A stretch of 64,000 nt of DNA, taken from an uncultured virus (IMG/VR IMGVR_UViG_646564563_000001). Lineage: Duplodnaviria; Heunggongvirae; Uroviricota; Caudoviricetes. Location: IMG/VR virus record IMGVR_UViG_646564563_000001. The stretch is one strand, 5' to 3'. The notes beneath the pieces are model-generated. The model was not told the origin of the DNA and ran no database searches. It saw only the letters and a list, made by a program, of their open reading frames with translations. The position numbers were made by a program, and so were the translations under genes. Below, in pieces: positions 38,113-46,520 of the stretch (its first letter is position 1; every line of letters begins with the position of its first letter).

Positions 38113-39035
38113 CCACCGCTGAAACCTTTGGCCGCACGATCCAGCTTTTCCTTGTCGACGGCACCCCCAACGGTCTGCGCAAGGCGACCATCCACGGCTG
38201 GACCGGTCTGATCTTTGTCGCGACAACCTCCACCTTCGGCGCTCTGACGTCCCGCAGGGAACTCGATCGCACCGGCATTAACCTGCTGGCGGGGCCCGAC
38301 CCAGAAAAAGAGGGCGGCACACGGGTCTACATCGGGTCAGCCAACAGTGTGCAGGAGCGGATCAGGCAAAGCGCCGTCCAGCGCGACTTCTGGGAAATCG
38401 CCATCGCCGTCACCACCAGCGACGATGACTTGTCGAAAGGCCATGTCGAATACCTCGAGGCTCGGCTGATCGAACTGGCCACCCAAGCCCAGCGCGTGGC
38501 CCTGGACAACGGGAACAACCCCGCAAGCCAGCGCAGACGGCTGCCCGAGGCCGATCAGGCGAACATGGAACAGTTCCTCGCCAATCTGAAAATCATGCTC
38601 CCCGTGATCGGGCTGGACCTGCTTAAACCGCAACCGCGCGCTGCGTCACTGGTTAGCACGCCGGTCGAACAGCGCACCTCGGGCGAGGTAAAGTTCGAGA
38701 TGCGCCACAAGACCGGCGTGCAGGCCACGGCGGTCGAAGAGGATGGCGAGTTCATCGTTCTGGAAGGCTCGCAGGCCTTGATCAACACCGGCCATGTCCA
38801 GCAAAGCTATGGCAGGCTGAAGAAAAGCCTTGTGGATCAGGGCATCCTTGTTCCGTCTGCCCCGAACATGCTGGTGTTTGCCAAGCCCCATGCGTTCAAC
38901 AGCCCTTCAGCGGCAGCGGCCGTAGTGCTGGATCGGAACAGCAACGGACGGATTGAGTGGAAGGTGCAGGGATCAAGGCAGAGCTACCACGAATGGCAGC
39001 AAGCGCGGATCGCTATTGACGGGGTGAGCGCATGA
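38109..39035 (+). CDS. GIY-YIG nuclease-like + DUF4357 protein
   Basis: TIQLFLVDG.P.G, GIN..YIG, YLEARLI, FNSPSAAAAVV....NGRIEWK. Confidence 0.85.
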   Translation: MTTAETFGRTIQLFLVDGTPNGLRKATIHGWTGLIFVATTSTFGALTSRRELDRTGINLLAGPDPEKEGGTRVYIGSANSVQERIRQSAVQRDFWEIAIAVTTSDDDLSKGHVEYLEARLIELATQAQRVALDNGNNPASQRRRLPEADQANMEQFLANLKIMLPVIGLDLLKPQPRAASLVSTPVEQRTSGEVKFEMRHKTGVQATAVEEDGEFIVLEGSQALINTGHVQQSYGRLKKSLVDQGILVPSAPNMLVFAKPHAFNSPSAAAAVVLDRNSNGRIEWKVQGSRQSYHEWQQARIAIDGVSA

Positions 39036-40657
39036 GAGAGCTGCCGAATGGGTGGGCAGAGACCACGCTAGGCAAGGTAACGTTGCCTTTCGAAACAACA
39101 GATCCAACCCGACGCCCGGACGAGACGTTTCAGTACATCGACATTGGCTCTATCGATAATCAGACCCAAACTATCACGCAGCCCAAGTCTATTTTGGGCC
39201 GAGATGCACCCTCGCGAGCGCGGCGCGTTGTCAAAAAAGATGACGTGCTGTTTTCGACAGTCCGAACCTACTTGAAGAACATTGCAGTAGTTCCAGAATC
39301 ATTGGATAGCCAACTTACCTCCACTGGCATTGCTGTTTTGCGCCCAAGTGAGGCACTTGATGGGCGCTACCTCTTCAATTGGGTGAAGTCAGATGAATTC
39401 ATCTCGACGATGTCCAAGGCGCAGGATGGCACTCTTTATCCCGCGGTGACGGATAAAGACGTGTCGGGCGGAAGAATTCCACTACCGCCGCTCCATGAAC
39501 AAAAACGAATAGTGGCCAAGGTGGATGGGTTGACCGCCCGCACCGCCCGCGCCCGAGCCGACCTTGACCGCATCCCCACCCTCATCGCCCGCTACAAACA
39601 AAGCCTCCTGGCCCTCGCGTTTTCGGGTGAACTGACCGCTGGCTGGCGAAAGACTAAGGCGCTCAATGACTTCGAAACGGTCAAACTTCACTCGCTTTGT
39701 TTGTCAGTTACGGACGGCGATCATCAAGCACCACCGAGGTCAGATTCCGGGATTCCGTTCATCACAATCTCTGCAATGAATACCGGACGGATCGATCTTT
39801 CGAAGGCAACCCGCGCTGTTCCCCGCAGTTACTTTGACGAGATCAAGGAATCGCGACGCCCTGCCATTGGTGACGTTTTGTTCTCCGTTACAGGTTCCAT
39901 CGGAATTCCGGCACTGGTTGAAACCGACCTTCCTTTCGTCTTTCAGCGGCACATCGCAATAATGAAACCGAATACTGAACGGGTGAGCGGTCGTTTCCTG
40001 TCTTATCTACTCGCGTCCCCGCAGATCAGAGAACAAGTTGATGCAATCGCCACTGGTACAGCTCAGTTGACTGTTCCTCTTGGTGGGTTGAGACAATTCG
40101 ATTTTCCTTGTCCCACCCTAGAGGAGCAAGCCGAAATCGTTCGTCTCATCACGTCTGCCTTCAACTGGGTGGACCGCATGGCCGCCGACCACGCCGCCGC
40201 CGCCGACCTCCTCCCCAAACTCGATGCCGCCATCCTCGCCAAAGCGTTCCGTGGCGAACTCGTCCCACAAGACCCGAGCGACGAACCCGCCAGCGCATTG
40301 CTGGAGCGTGTTCAAGTGGAGCGTAATGCCACCTCAAGAAACCCTCGCGGCCGACGACTAGCCGGAGTCTCCGAGGTCATCGAGATTCAACTGCCGCCAA
40401 TTCAGATACATGTATCAGTCGGCCCAGTTACAATAATAGAAACCCGCGGGAGGCAGGCGATGACCAAAAGCCGCCAAGATGATGATGTGATGGGCAAACC
40501 CTATTTGGCCAGCCTACTGAAGGAGGGGCACAGTGCATCAGCGCAAGATCTGTTCAAGGCCGCTGATCTGCCTGTGGCCGATTTCTACAAGCAACTCGCC
40601 TGGGAGATCGCCAACAAGCATATCCGCGATGACGATGAAAAGCTGGAAGCGCTCTGA
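39032..40657 (+). CDS. hsdS: Type I specificity subunit S with a C-terminal extension
   Basis: LPNGW, PLPPLHEQKRIV, PTLEEQAEIV, ILAKAFRGELVPQDPSDEPA; about 100 extra residues. Confidence 0.93.
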   Translation: MRELPNGWAETTLGKVTLPFETTDPTRRPDETFQYIDIGSIDNQTQTITQPKSILGRDAPSRARRVVKKDDVLFSTVRTYLKNIAVVPESLDSQLTSTGIAVLRPSEALDGRYLFNWVKSDEFISTMSKAQDGTLYPAVTDKDVSGGRIPLPPLHEQKRIVAKVDGLTARTARARADLDRIPTLIARYKQSLLALAFSGELTAGWRKTKALNDFETVKLHSLCLSVTDGDHQAPPRSDSGIPFITISAMNTGRIDLSKATRAVPRSYFDEIKESRRPAIGDVLFSVTGSIGIPALVETDLPFVFQRHIAIMKPNTERVSGRFLSYLLASPQIREQVDAIATGTAQLTVPLGGLRQFDFPCPTLEEQAEIVRLITSAFNWVDRMAADHAAAADLLPKLDAAILAKAFRGELVPQDPSDEPASALLERVQVERNATSRNPRGRRLAGVSEVIEIQLPPIQIHVSVGPVTIIETRGRQAMTKSRQDDDVMGKPYLASLLKEGHSASAQDLFKAADLPVADFYKQLAWEIANKHIRDDDEKLEAL

Positions 40658-42309
40658 TGCGGATCGATCGGGTATACATTGACGGGTTCCGCAACCTGCA
40701 GGACGTCGAAGCGGACTTTGACGAAGGCTGCCTGACAACGGTCATCATCGGCCAAAACGGCGCGGGCAAGTCGAACCTGATCGAAGCGATCGTCGAGATT
40801 TTCCGCCATCTTGATCCGCCCACCAGCAAACACGGCGGCAAGCTGCGCTTCACGTTCGAAATCGACTACATCATCAAGGGCCGCAAAGTGCGTGCGAGCA
40901 ATCGCGACGGGTCAACCAAGGTGCTGGTTGACGGCGAGCTGATGCCCATGACCCGGTTTCAGGACAGCAAGGCCGACCTCTTCCCCGATCTGATCTTTGG
41001 CTACTATTCCGGCACCGGCCGACGCTTGGAAAAGCTCTTCGACGACCATCAGGCCCGGTACTACAACGTCATCAACAAGGACAGACCAGAGGCCGAGTAC
41101 GCCGCCGCCCGCACCGCCCGACGCTTGTTCTATTGCCGCCCCGTGCACGGCGTGTTCGCGCTGCTCTGCCATTTCGCGAAACCGAGCGAAAAGCCCGATT
41201 CAGCAAACGTCCTCAGCAAACAACTGGGGATAACCGGGTTTCATTCGGCCTTGGCGCACTTCAAGGAACCGTCCTGGTTCAACCAGTCAAACTGGAAAAA
41301 GGCCCGGGCCTCAGCTTCGCCGGGGCGAGGGCGGCGAAGCTACAGCGATCTAGGCGAACAGGCCGAAGATGTATGGGGTGCAAGGGGCCCCGCAGGTGAA
41401 TGCGCCCGTGCCCTGAAGGACATGGCCTTCCACCCCTTGTCGGTCACCGGGAAGGTCGTGGACGACTATCGTGACAAGCCAAAGGTCGAAGCGCAGCTTG
41501 CCTGCTTCCTCCGCGACAAGGCAGCCCTGCAGAAGTTCGCAGCGAGGTACGAAACAGACCAAGACATGTTTGCGGCCCTCGAAGCCGCTGACATTTCAGA
41601 CCTGTTCCGCGAAATGCTCGTGTGGGTCACTCGCGACGGTAACGACAGCGGCGACGTCAGTTTCAGCGACCTGTCTGATGGCGAGCGGCAGCTGCTGATG
41701 GTGCTTGGCCTGATCCGGGTGTCGCGTGGCAGAGAGGCCCTGTTCCTACTGGACGAGCCCGATACCCACCTGAATCCTGCATGGCAGCTGACCTACCTTG
41801 AGCTGATCAAGGAATGGACCGACGTGGCTGCGGACAAGGATCGGTGTCAGATCATCATGACCTCACACAATCCGCTGACCATCGCGTCGCTCACCAGACA
41901 AGAGGTGCGCGTGATGCAGCAAAGCGAAGCTGCCCGGCTGGTCGTTTCGGAACCATTTGCGGACCCACGTGGCATGGGTTTCACCGCCACTCTGACGCAG
42001 ATATTCGGTCTTTCCACGACCTTGGACTTGGCGACCCAGCAACAGATAGATGATCGGAACGCCCTTGCCCGCATCGAACAGCGCAGCGAGGAGCAGCAGA
42101 AGGAGTTGATCTCCATCAATGAGAAGCTTAATAGGCTGGGCTTCATGAATGAAAGTCGCGAACCCTTGTACCAAGAGTTCCTGAGCGCTTGGCAAGACGT
42201 GCGCTACGCAGATCGACCTCCGTTGTCGCCAGAAGCAATCACGAAACGCCATGAAGCGATGAAGGATTTGATAAGAAGATTAACGACTAAGGCGGGGCAG
42301 GCGCATTGA
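40657..42309 (+). CDS. ABC-type ATPase (PtuA/AAA_21-like)
   Basis: GQNGAGKS, LSDGE, LLDEPD, SHNP. Confidence 0.9.
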   Translation: MRIDRVYIDGFRNLQDVEADFDEGCLTTVIIGQNGAGKSNLIEAIVEIFRHLDPPTSKHGGKLRFTFEIDYIIKGRKVRASNRDGSTKVLVDGELMPMTRFQDSKADLFPDLIFGYYSGTGRRLEKLFDDHQARYYNVINKDRPEAEYAAARTARRLFYCRPVHGVFALLCHFAKPSEKPDSANVLSKQLGITGFHSALAHFKEPSWFNQSNWKKARASASPGRGRRSYSDLGEQAEDVWGARGPAGECARALKDMAFHPLSVTGKVVDDYRDKPKVEAQLACFLRDKAALQKFAARYETDQDMFAALEAADISDLFREMLVWVTRDGNDSGDVSFSDLSDGERQLLMVLGLIRVSRGREALFLLDEPDTHLNPAWQLTYLELIKEWTDVAADKDRCQIIMTSHNPLTIASLTRQEVRVMQQSEAARLVVSEPFADPRGMGFTATLTQIFGLSTTLDLATQQQIDDRNALARIEQRSEEQQKELISINEKLNRLGFMNESREPLYQEFLSAWQDVRYADRPPLSPEAITKRHEAMKDLIRRLTTKAGQAH

Positions 42310-43160
42310 TCTACGTTCGTCGTGATCCCGCTCTCATTCCCGAAAGGGTCCTAAAGGTTGCTGAGCGTGCTCAGGCGGAACTTGAAGCCTTGCCGCCCGA
42401 TCAGCGAGTAGCGTTTATCAAGAAGAAGTCTCACGTTTGGACCGGTTTCAAGAAGTACTTGTCCAAGATGTCCTATGGGAAGTGTTGGTACTCAGAGAGC
42501 TCGGACCCTCAGTCATTCTTTGACGTCGATCACTTTCGGCCCAAAGCCGAAGCTCAGAGAGGGGACGGTGGTGAGAAAGACGAAGGGTATCCTTGGCTGG
42601 CATTCGACTGGGACAACTTCAGGTACTCCGCGGGCCGATCCAATCGCCACAGCACTGACGAAGACACAGAGGAAGTAGTAGGTAAAGGGAGCTGGTTCCC
42701 ACTTTGTCCGGGAAGCCCTTGCGCCACGTGGGACAACCGAGCCTTGGCGGCGGAGAAACCGGTCTTGCTCGACCCTACGAACGTAGGTGACATGCGCCTT
42801 GTCAAGATTGGTTCATCCGGATCGGTCGAGCCCAGCGGCATCTGCGTCGGCACCAACCGTGAACGCGTAGCAAAGTCGGTCAAGTACTATGGGCTTGATT
42901 TGCCAGCATTAAAGGAAGCCAGGCTTCAAGTTATGCGCGAGGTTCAAGAGATGTTTGAAGTCCTAGTGCAAACTGTTGCTGCCGCGAATGAGGTTCCAGC
43001 CGCAGCTGATCTGCTACCAGTGCCTAAAGAAGCAGAGTTGATAACGGCAAAGACAATGCCGAACAGTCCTTACGCCCTGGCGGCTAGAAGCCGATTGATC
43101 GAACTCGGGATGCCTGAATTGATTGCTCGGCCGGAGGACTACCCTGCGCCAGTTATCTAG
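42306..43160 (+). CDS. HNH-type nuclease (PtuB-like)
   Basis: KCWYSE, VDHFRPK, YPWLAFDWDNF, LLDP. Confidence 0.82.
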   Translation: MIYVRRDPALIPERVLKVAERAQAELEALPPDQRVAFIKKKSHVWTGFKKYLSKMSYGKCWYSESSDPQSFFDVDHFRPKAEAQRGDGGEKDEGYPWLAFDWDNFRYSAGRSNRHSTDEDTEEVVGKGSWFPLCPGSPCATWDNRALAAEKPVLLDPTNVGDMRLVKIGSSGSVEPSGICVGTNRERVAKSVKYYGLDLPALKEARLQVMREVQEMFEVLVQTVAAANEVPAAADLLPVPKEAELITAKTMPNSPYALAARSRLIELGMPELIARPEDYPAPVI

Positions 43161-43345
43161 CGCATGGGCAAGTTGGGGTTTCCGGGTCAACAATAGGTCA
43201 ACCGGCCAACCTACCTCGTTCACGGTTTGGGCTACGGTCGGGGCCGTCGGTTGCGGTTGAGAGCGGCAAGGTAATCACGCGAGATCAACGGGTTGGCGCG
43301 TAACTGCTTGAAATCTAAGGGTCCGATGTTCTCCTTTTGGTCCGC

Positions 43346-43390
43346 CTCATAACCTGAAGGCCGCAGGTTCAAATCCTGCCCCCGCAACCA
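43346..43390 (+). other. att core: 3' 45 nt of a tRNA-fMet(CAT) gene
   Basis: CTCATAACCTGAAGGCCGCAGGTTCAAATCCTGCCCCCGCAACCA with anticodon loop, T arm and CCA; 5' half absent. Confidence 0.9.
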
Positions 43391-43478
43391 AAGTCACAAA
43401 GCGTTATCAAGAGCTTGCACCCCGCCGACCGGTCGGGCTTTTTGTTGCGCAATCGGGCGGTGCTACGCCGGTGCTACG

Positions 43479-43829
43479 GGTAATCCTCCCCTTTTTAGCG
43501 GGGCGCATCCGTAGAATTCACGCGGCCATTTTCAGTTTCATGGCGGGTGTGATGCCGCCGATGCCCATGTTCGGACGGTCGTTGTTGTATGTCCAGAGCC
43601 ATTGCGTGGCGAAGTCCTGAGCCTCCTCGATGGTTTCGATGATGTATTGGTCGAGCCACTCATGCCGGAGTGAGCCATTGAGGCGCCATCGGTTCAAGCC
43701 CAAAGGCGAACGCGGTTGTAGCGCTCGATATAGGCGTTCTGCTGCGGCTGACCGGGTTGGATGTGCTGGATCGTGATGCCCTGTTTCTCTGCCCAGATCA
43801 GCAGCTTGCCACTGATGTATTCCGGGCCA
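43479..43829 (-). mobile_element. IS3-family remnant (3' end of transposase and terminal IR), disrupted
   Basis: GPEYISG, IQPGQPQQNAYIERYNR, WLWTYNNDRPN; broken by a 42-nt insert and by IS110. Confidence 0.88.
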
Positions 43830-45117
43830 TAGCATGTTAGTAATGACGCGCCGTTGAAGGTTATGGCCGTCTGCGCAGCCTCCAAAATTGCGCGAGCCAG
43901 GCGGCCATAACCAGGGCTCAGGTCTCTATGGTGGTTTTGCGAACCACACCACAGAGGAGACCGGCTATGGCCAAGGTTGAGCATACTTCGGATGCCCGTG
44001 TTCTGGTAGGCATCGACATTTCCAAACACCGGCACGAGGTGCTGATTGCCGTCCCGGGCAAGACGCGGCGCCGCCGGATGACGGTGCTGAACACCGCCGA
44101 GGATTATCGCCGTCTGATCGCTGCTTTGCTTGATTATGGCCTACCGGTCACCATCGGCTTCGAGGCGACGGGCAACTACCACCGGGCGCTGATGTTCGCC
44201 CTCGGGGCCGCGGGATTCGATCTGAAGCTCGTCTCTTCCGTCGCTCTCGCCCGCACGCGAGAAGCGTTGCACAACAGCTGGGACAAGAACGATCCCAAGG
44301 ATGCGCAGGTCATCCTGCGGATGCTGGAGATCGGGGCAGTTCAAGTCTTTCACGACCCGCTGGTCGTCGGCACTTGCGACATCCAGGAACTGTCAAAGAC
44401 CTACGAGATGGTCGCGCGGTCGAAGACAGAACTGTGGCATCGTATCCTGACCCATTACCTGCCCCTGTATTTTCCCGAGGCGGACCGGTTCCATCGCAGT
44501 TCTCGTGGAGACTGGTTCTTGGCGTTACTTGAGGCCTTTCCATCTCCTTACATGATCACCGCCATGGACAAGGACGCCTTCATAGAGGCTGCCTGGCCGG
44601 TGATTGGTCGCCGCGTCGCCAAGGCGGCGCTATTGGCGGATATCTACGAGACATCAAAGACTTCCGTGGGTTTGCCCGTCGCGCCAGACTCCGATGCAAT
44701 CCGGATGTTCCGTCTCGTTTTGGCGCAGGGACGCAGCCTTGTTCAGCAGCGCAACGCCATTGAGGACCGTGCGACAGAGCTGCTGGCCGACCATCCAGAT
44801 TATCAACTGCTGCGCACGATACCCGGGATCGGGCCTGTCAATGCGCTGGCCGTTCTGGCCGAAGCCGGTGATCTGCGCCGCTTTCGCCATCACCGCCAGT
44901 TTCTGAAGTTCTGCGGCATGGACCTGGCGACGGTGCAATCCGGTGTGTTCCGCGGACGAAGCAAGATCTCGAAGTATGGCAACGCCCGCCTGCGTCGCAC
45001 ACTCTGGCTGGCCAGTCAGGCCGCCGTGCTAAAGCCCGCCAACAGCTTCCGCGACAAGTTCGAGCGATACATCGCGCAGGACCGGCACAACCCGGATCTT
45101 CGGCGCAAGGCCTATAC
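43830..45117 (+). mobile_element. IS110-family element; transposase from 43967, C-terminally truncated by the Mu-like prophage
   Basis: VGIDISK, FEATG, KNDPKDA (DEDD), TIPGIG, QSG..GNARLR; sequence diverges after RRKAYT. Confidence 0.9.
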
Positions 45118-45167
45118 TGTAGCGCGCGATCAGCTTCCGGACGGACGTTGAACAGCTTTCGGACGAA
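45118..45167 (+). repeat. Mu-type end: terminal TG and two transposase-binding repeats
   Basis: CAGCTTCCGGACG (45131) and CAGCTTTCGGACG (45153), 22 bp apart. Confidence 0.75.
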
Positions 45168-45238
45168 AATTTTTACCTGACCGCAAATCCTGACGCGCTC
45201 CGACTGCCTCTGCCTTGGCAACGCCCCGGTCGATCCGG

Positions 45239-46219
45239 TCAGAGCGCCCCGGCCGGATAAAGGCTGAGCAGGTAGAGGCTTCCGGCGCCGATCGTCAGCG
45301 CCCCGCCCGGATGCGCGACCCCTTTGGTGACGGTCGTTCCCGCGGCATCGACCCGGCGGAGATCATAGCTTCCCGCCGCCACCGCCACGCTGGCCAGATC
45401 CGCCGCCCGGGTCACCGCCGCGGCCTCGGTCGGAATGACCGAACTGACGGCGGCGCCGGTCTCCAGCTGCGCCCCCCACAGGTAAAGCCCAGAGGCCCCA
45501 TCCCCCAGATAAGAGGTCGCGCCATTCGCGCTGACGACGCTCGGATAGACGTTGAAATTGCCGCTCGCCGCCGCCTGCGTCTGCGTCACGCTGCAGCGAT
45601 ACCAGCCATTCCCCGCCGCCACGATCTGCGCCACATGCCCCGCATAGCCCTGCGACACCACCCCGAGCGTCCCCGTCTGCAGGTCGAAATAGCTGGTGCG
45701 GAAAGCATTCGCGCTGTCGGCGGTCACCAGGGCAAACCACCGACGCTCGGCCGCCTTGACGAAGATAGAGGCGGTCACGGAGGTCCCCGCCGCGATCTGC
45801 GTGCCGGTGCGGGCCACGAAATGGCTATTGTTGCTGGTATCTTCGACAAGCTTGTCGGCCGTCATGGTGCCATCCGGGGCCAGCGCGGCATTTGCCAGCA
45901 CGCTGGCCCGGGTTTTCCCCCAGGACGCGGCCTCGAACTGCGCGCTGTTGGGCAGCAGGTTGGTCGCGGATGCCTCAAGCAGAAGCGCCCGCTTACCGGT
46001 GCTGTAATCATAGCGGGGCTGATCGGCGGGGGCAGACCTGATCAGCCCGTCGGCACCCACATAGGTCGCCGGGCTGGCCCGCGTCAGGGCCCAAGGCGAC
46101 CCGAGGGCGAGACCCGCCACAAAATCATGCAGCAGCACGGGCATGACCCCGCCTACGGCATAGCCTGCAAGCGGTGCCACGCCGCCGCCGCCCATCCCGC
46201 ACCCCGGAAGCCCCGTCAT
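45239..46219 (-). CDS. Head-spike fibre protein, RcGTA GhsB (rcc01080)-like
   Basis: TRASPATY, PRYDYSTGKRALLLEASATNLL, NGWYRCS, LWGAQLE, TRAAD; start at MTGLP. Confidence 0.85.
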   Translation of the reverse strand: MTGLPGCGMGGGGVAPLAGYAVGGVMPVLLHDFVAGLALGSPWALTRASPATYVGADGLIRSAPADQPRYDYSTGKRALLLEASATNLLPNSAQFEAASWGKTRASVLANAALAPDGTMTADKLVEDTSNNSHFVARTGTQIAAGTSVTASIFVKAAERRWFALVTADSANAFRTSYFDLQTGTLGVVSQGYAGHVAQIVAAGNGWYRCSVTQTQAAASGNFNVYPSVVSANGATSYLGDGASGLYLWGAQLETGAAVSSVIPTEAAAVTRAADLASVAVAAGSYDLRRVDAAGTTVTKGVAHPGGALTIGAGSLYLLSLYPAGAL

Positions 46220-46485
46220 CAGACCCACCCCGTCATCCCCTCGGCCGTGGTGCCGGTCGCCCAGATGCGGCTGGCCCAGATCGGGTGTTGCCCGACCGGC
46301 AGATAGCCGGTGGTGCAAACGGCGCCGCCGCGCGCGGCGGAATATTTGACGACGCCGCCCCGCTCGCCGATCGTCACCGCGCGCACGGGCGCGGGCAGGT
46401 CCGCCGCATCATTGGGGGTGACCGCAAACGAGGACAGGGCCGGGCCGGTCAGATCGATACTTTCCCCCTTGAAATAATCATTCAT
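46219..46485 (-). CDS. Head-spike base protein, RcGTA GhsA (rcc01079)-like
   Basis: GPA...FAVTPND..DL...VRA, RIWATGTTA. Confidence 0.85.
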   Translation of the reverse strand: MNDYFKGESIDLTGPALSSFAVTPNDAADLPAPVRAVTIGERGGVVKYSAARGGAVCTTGYLPVGQHPIWASRIWATGTTAEGMTGWV

Positions 46486-46520
46486 CCAGATCTCTCCTCA
46501 ATTCCAGATCTCTCCTCAAT
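46485..46520. repeat. Perfect 18-bp tandem duplication TCCAGATCTCTCCTCAAT
   Basis: Copies at 46485-46502 and 46503-46520. Confidence 0.95.

Larger units (their letters stand above)
1..43390. mobile_element. Lambda-like prophage with GTA-like tail, integrated at tRNA-fMet; left end outside the window; carries a defence operon between int and att
   Basis: Contiguous lysis-tail-head-terminase-replication-integrase gene order; tRNA 3' fragment at 43346-43390. Confidence 0.85.

Noticed and set aside
40657..43345. Retron (Ec78-like) system
   Set aside because: No reverse transcriptase motifs (YADD) or msr-msd seen
43320..43390. Complete tRNA-Met gene
   Set aside because: Acceptor 5' strand and D arm are missing; only the att duplication is present
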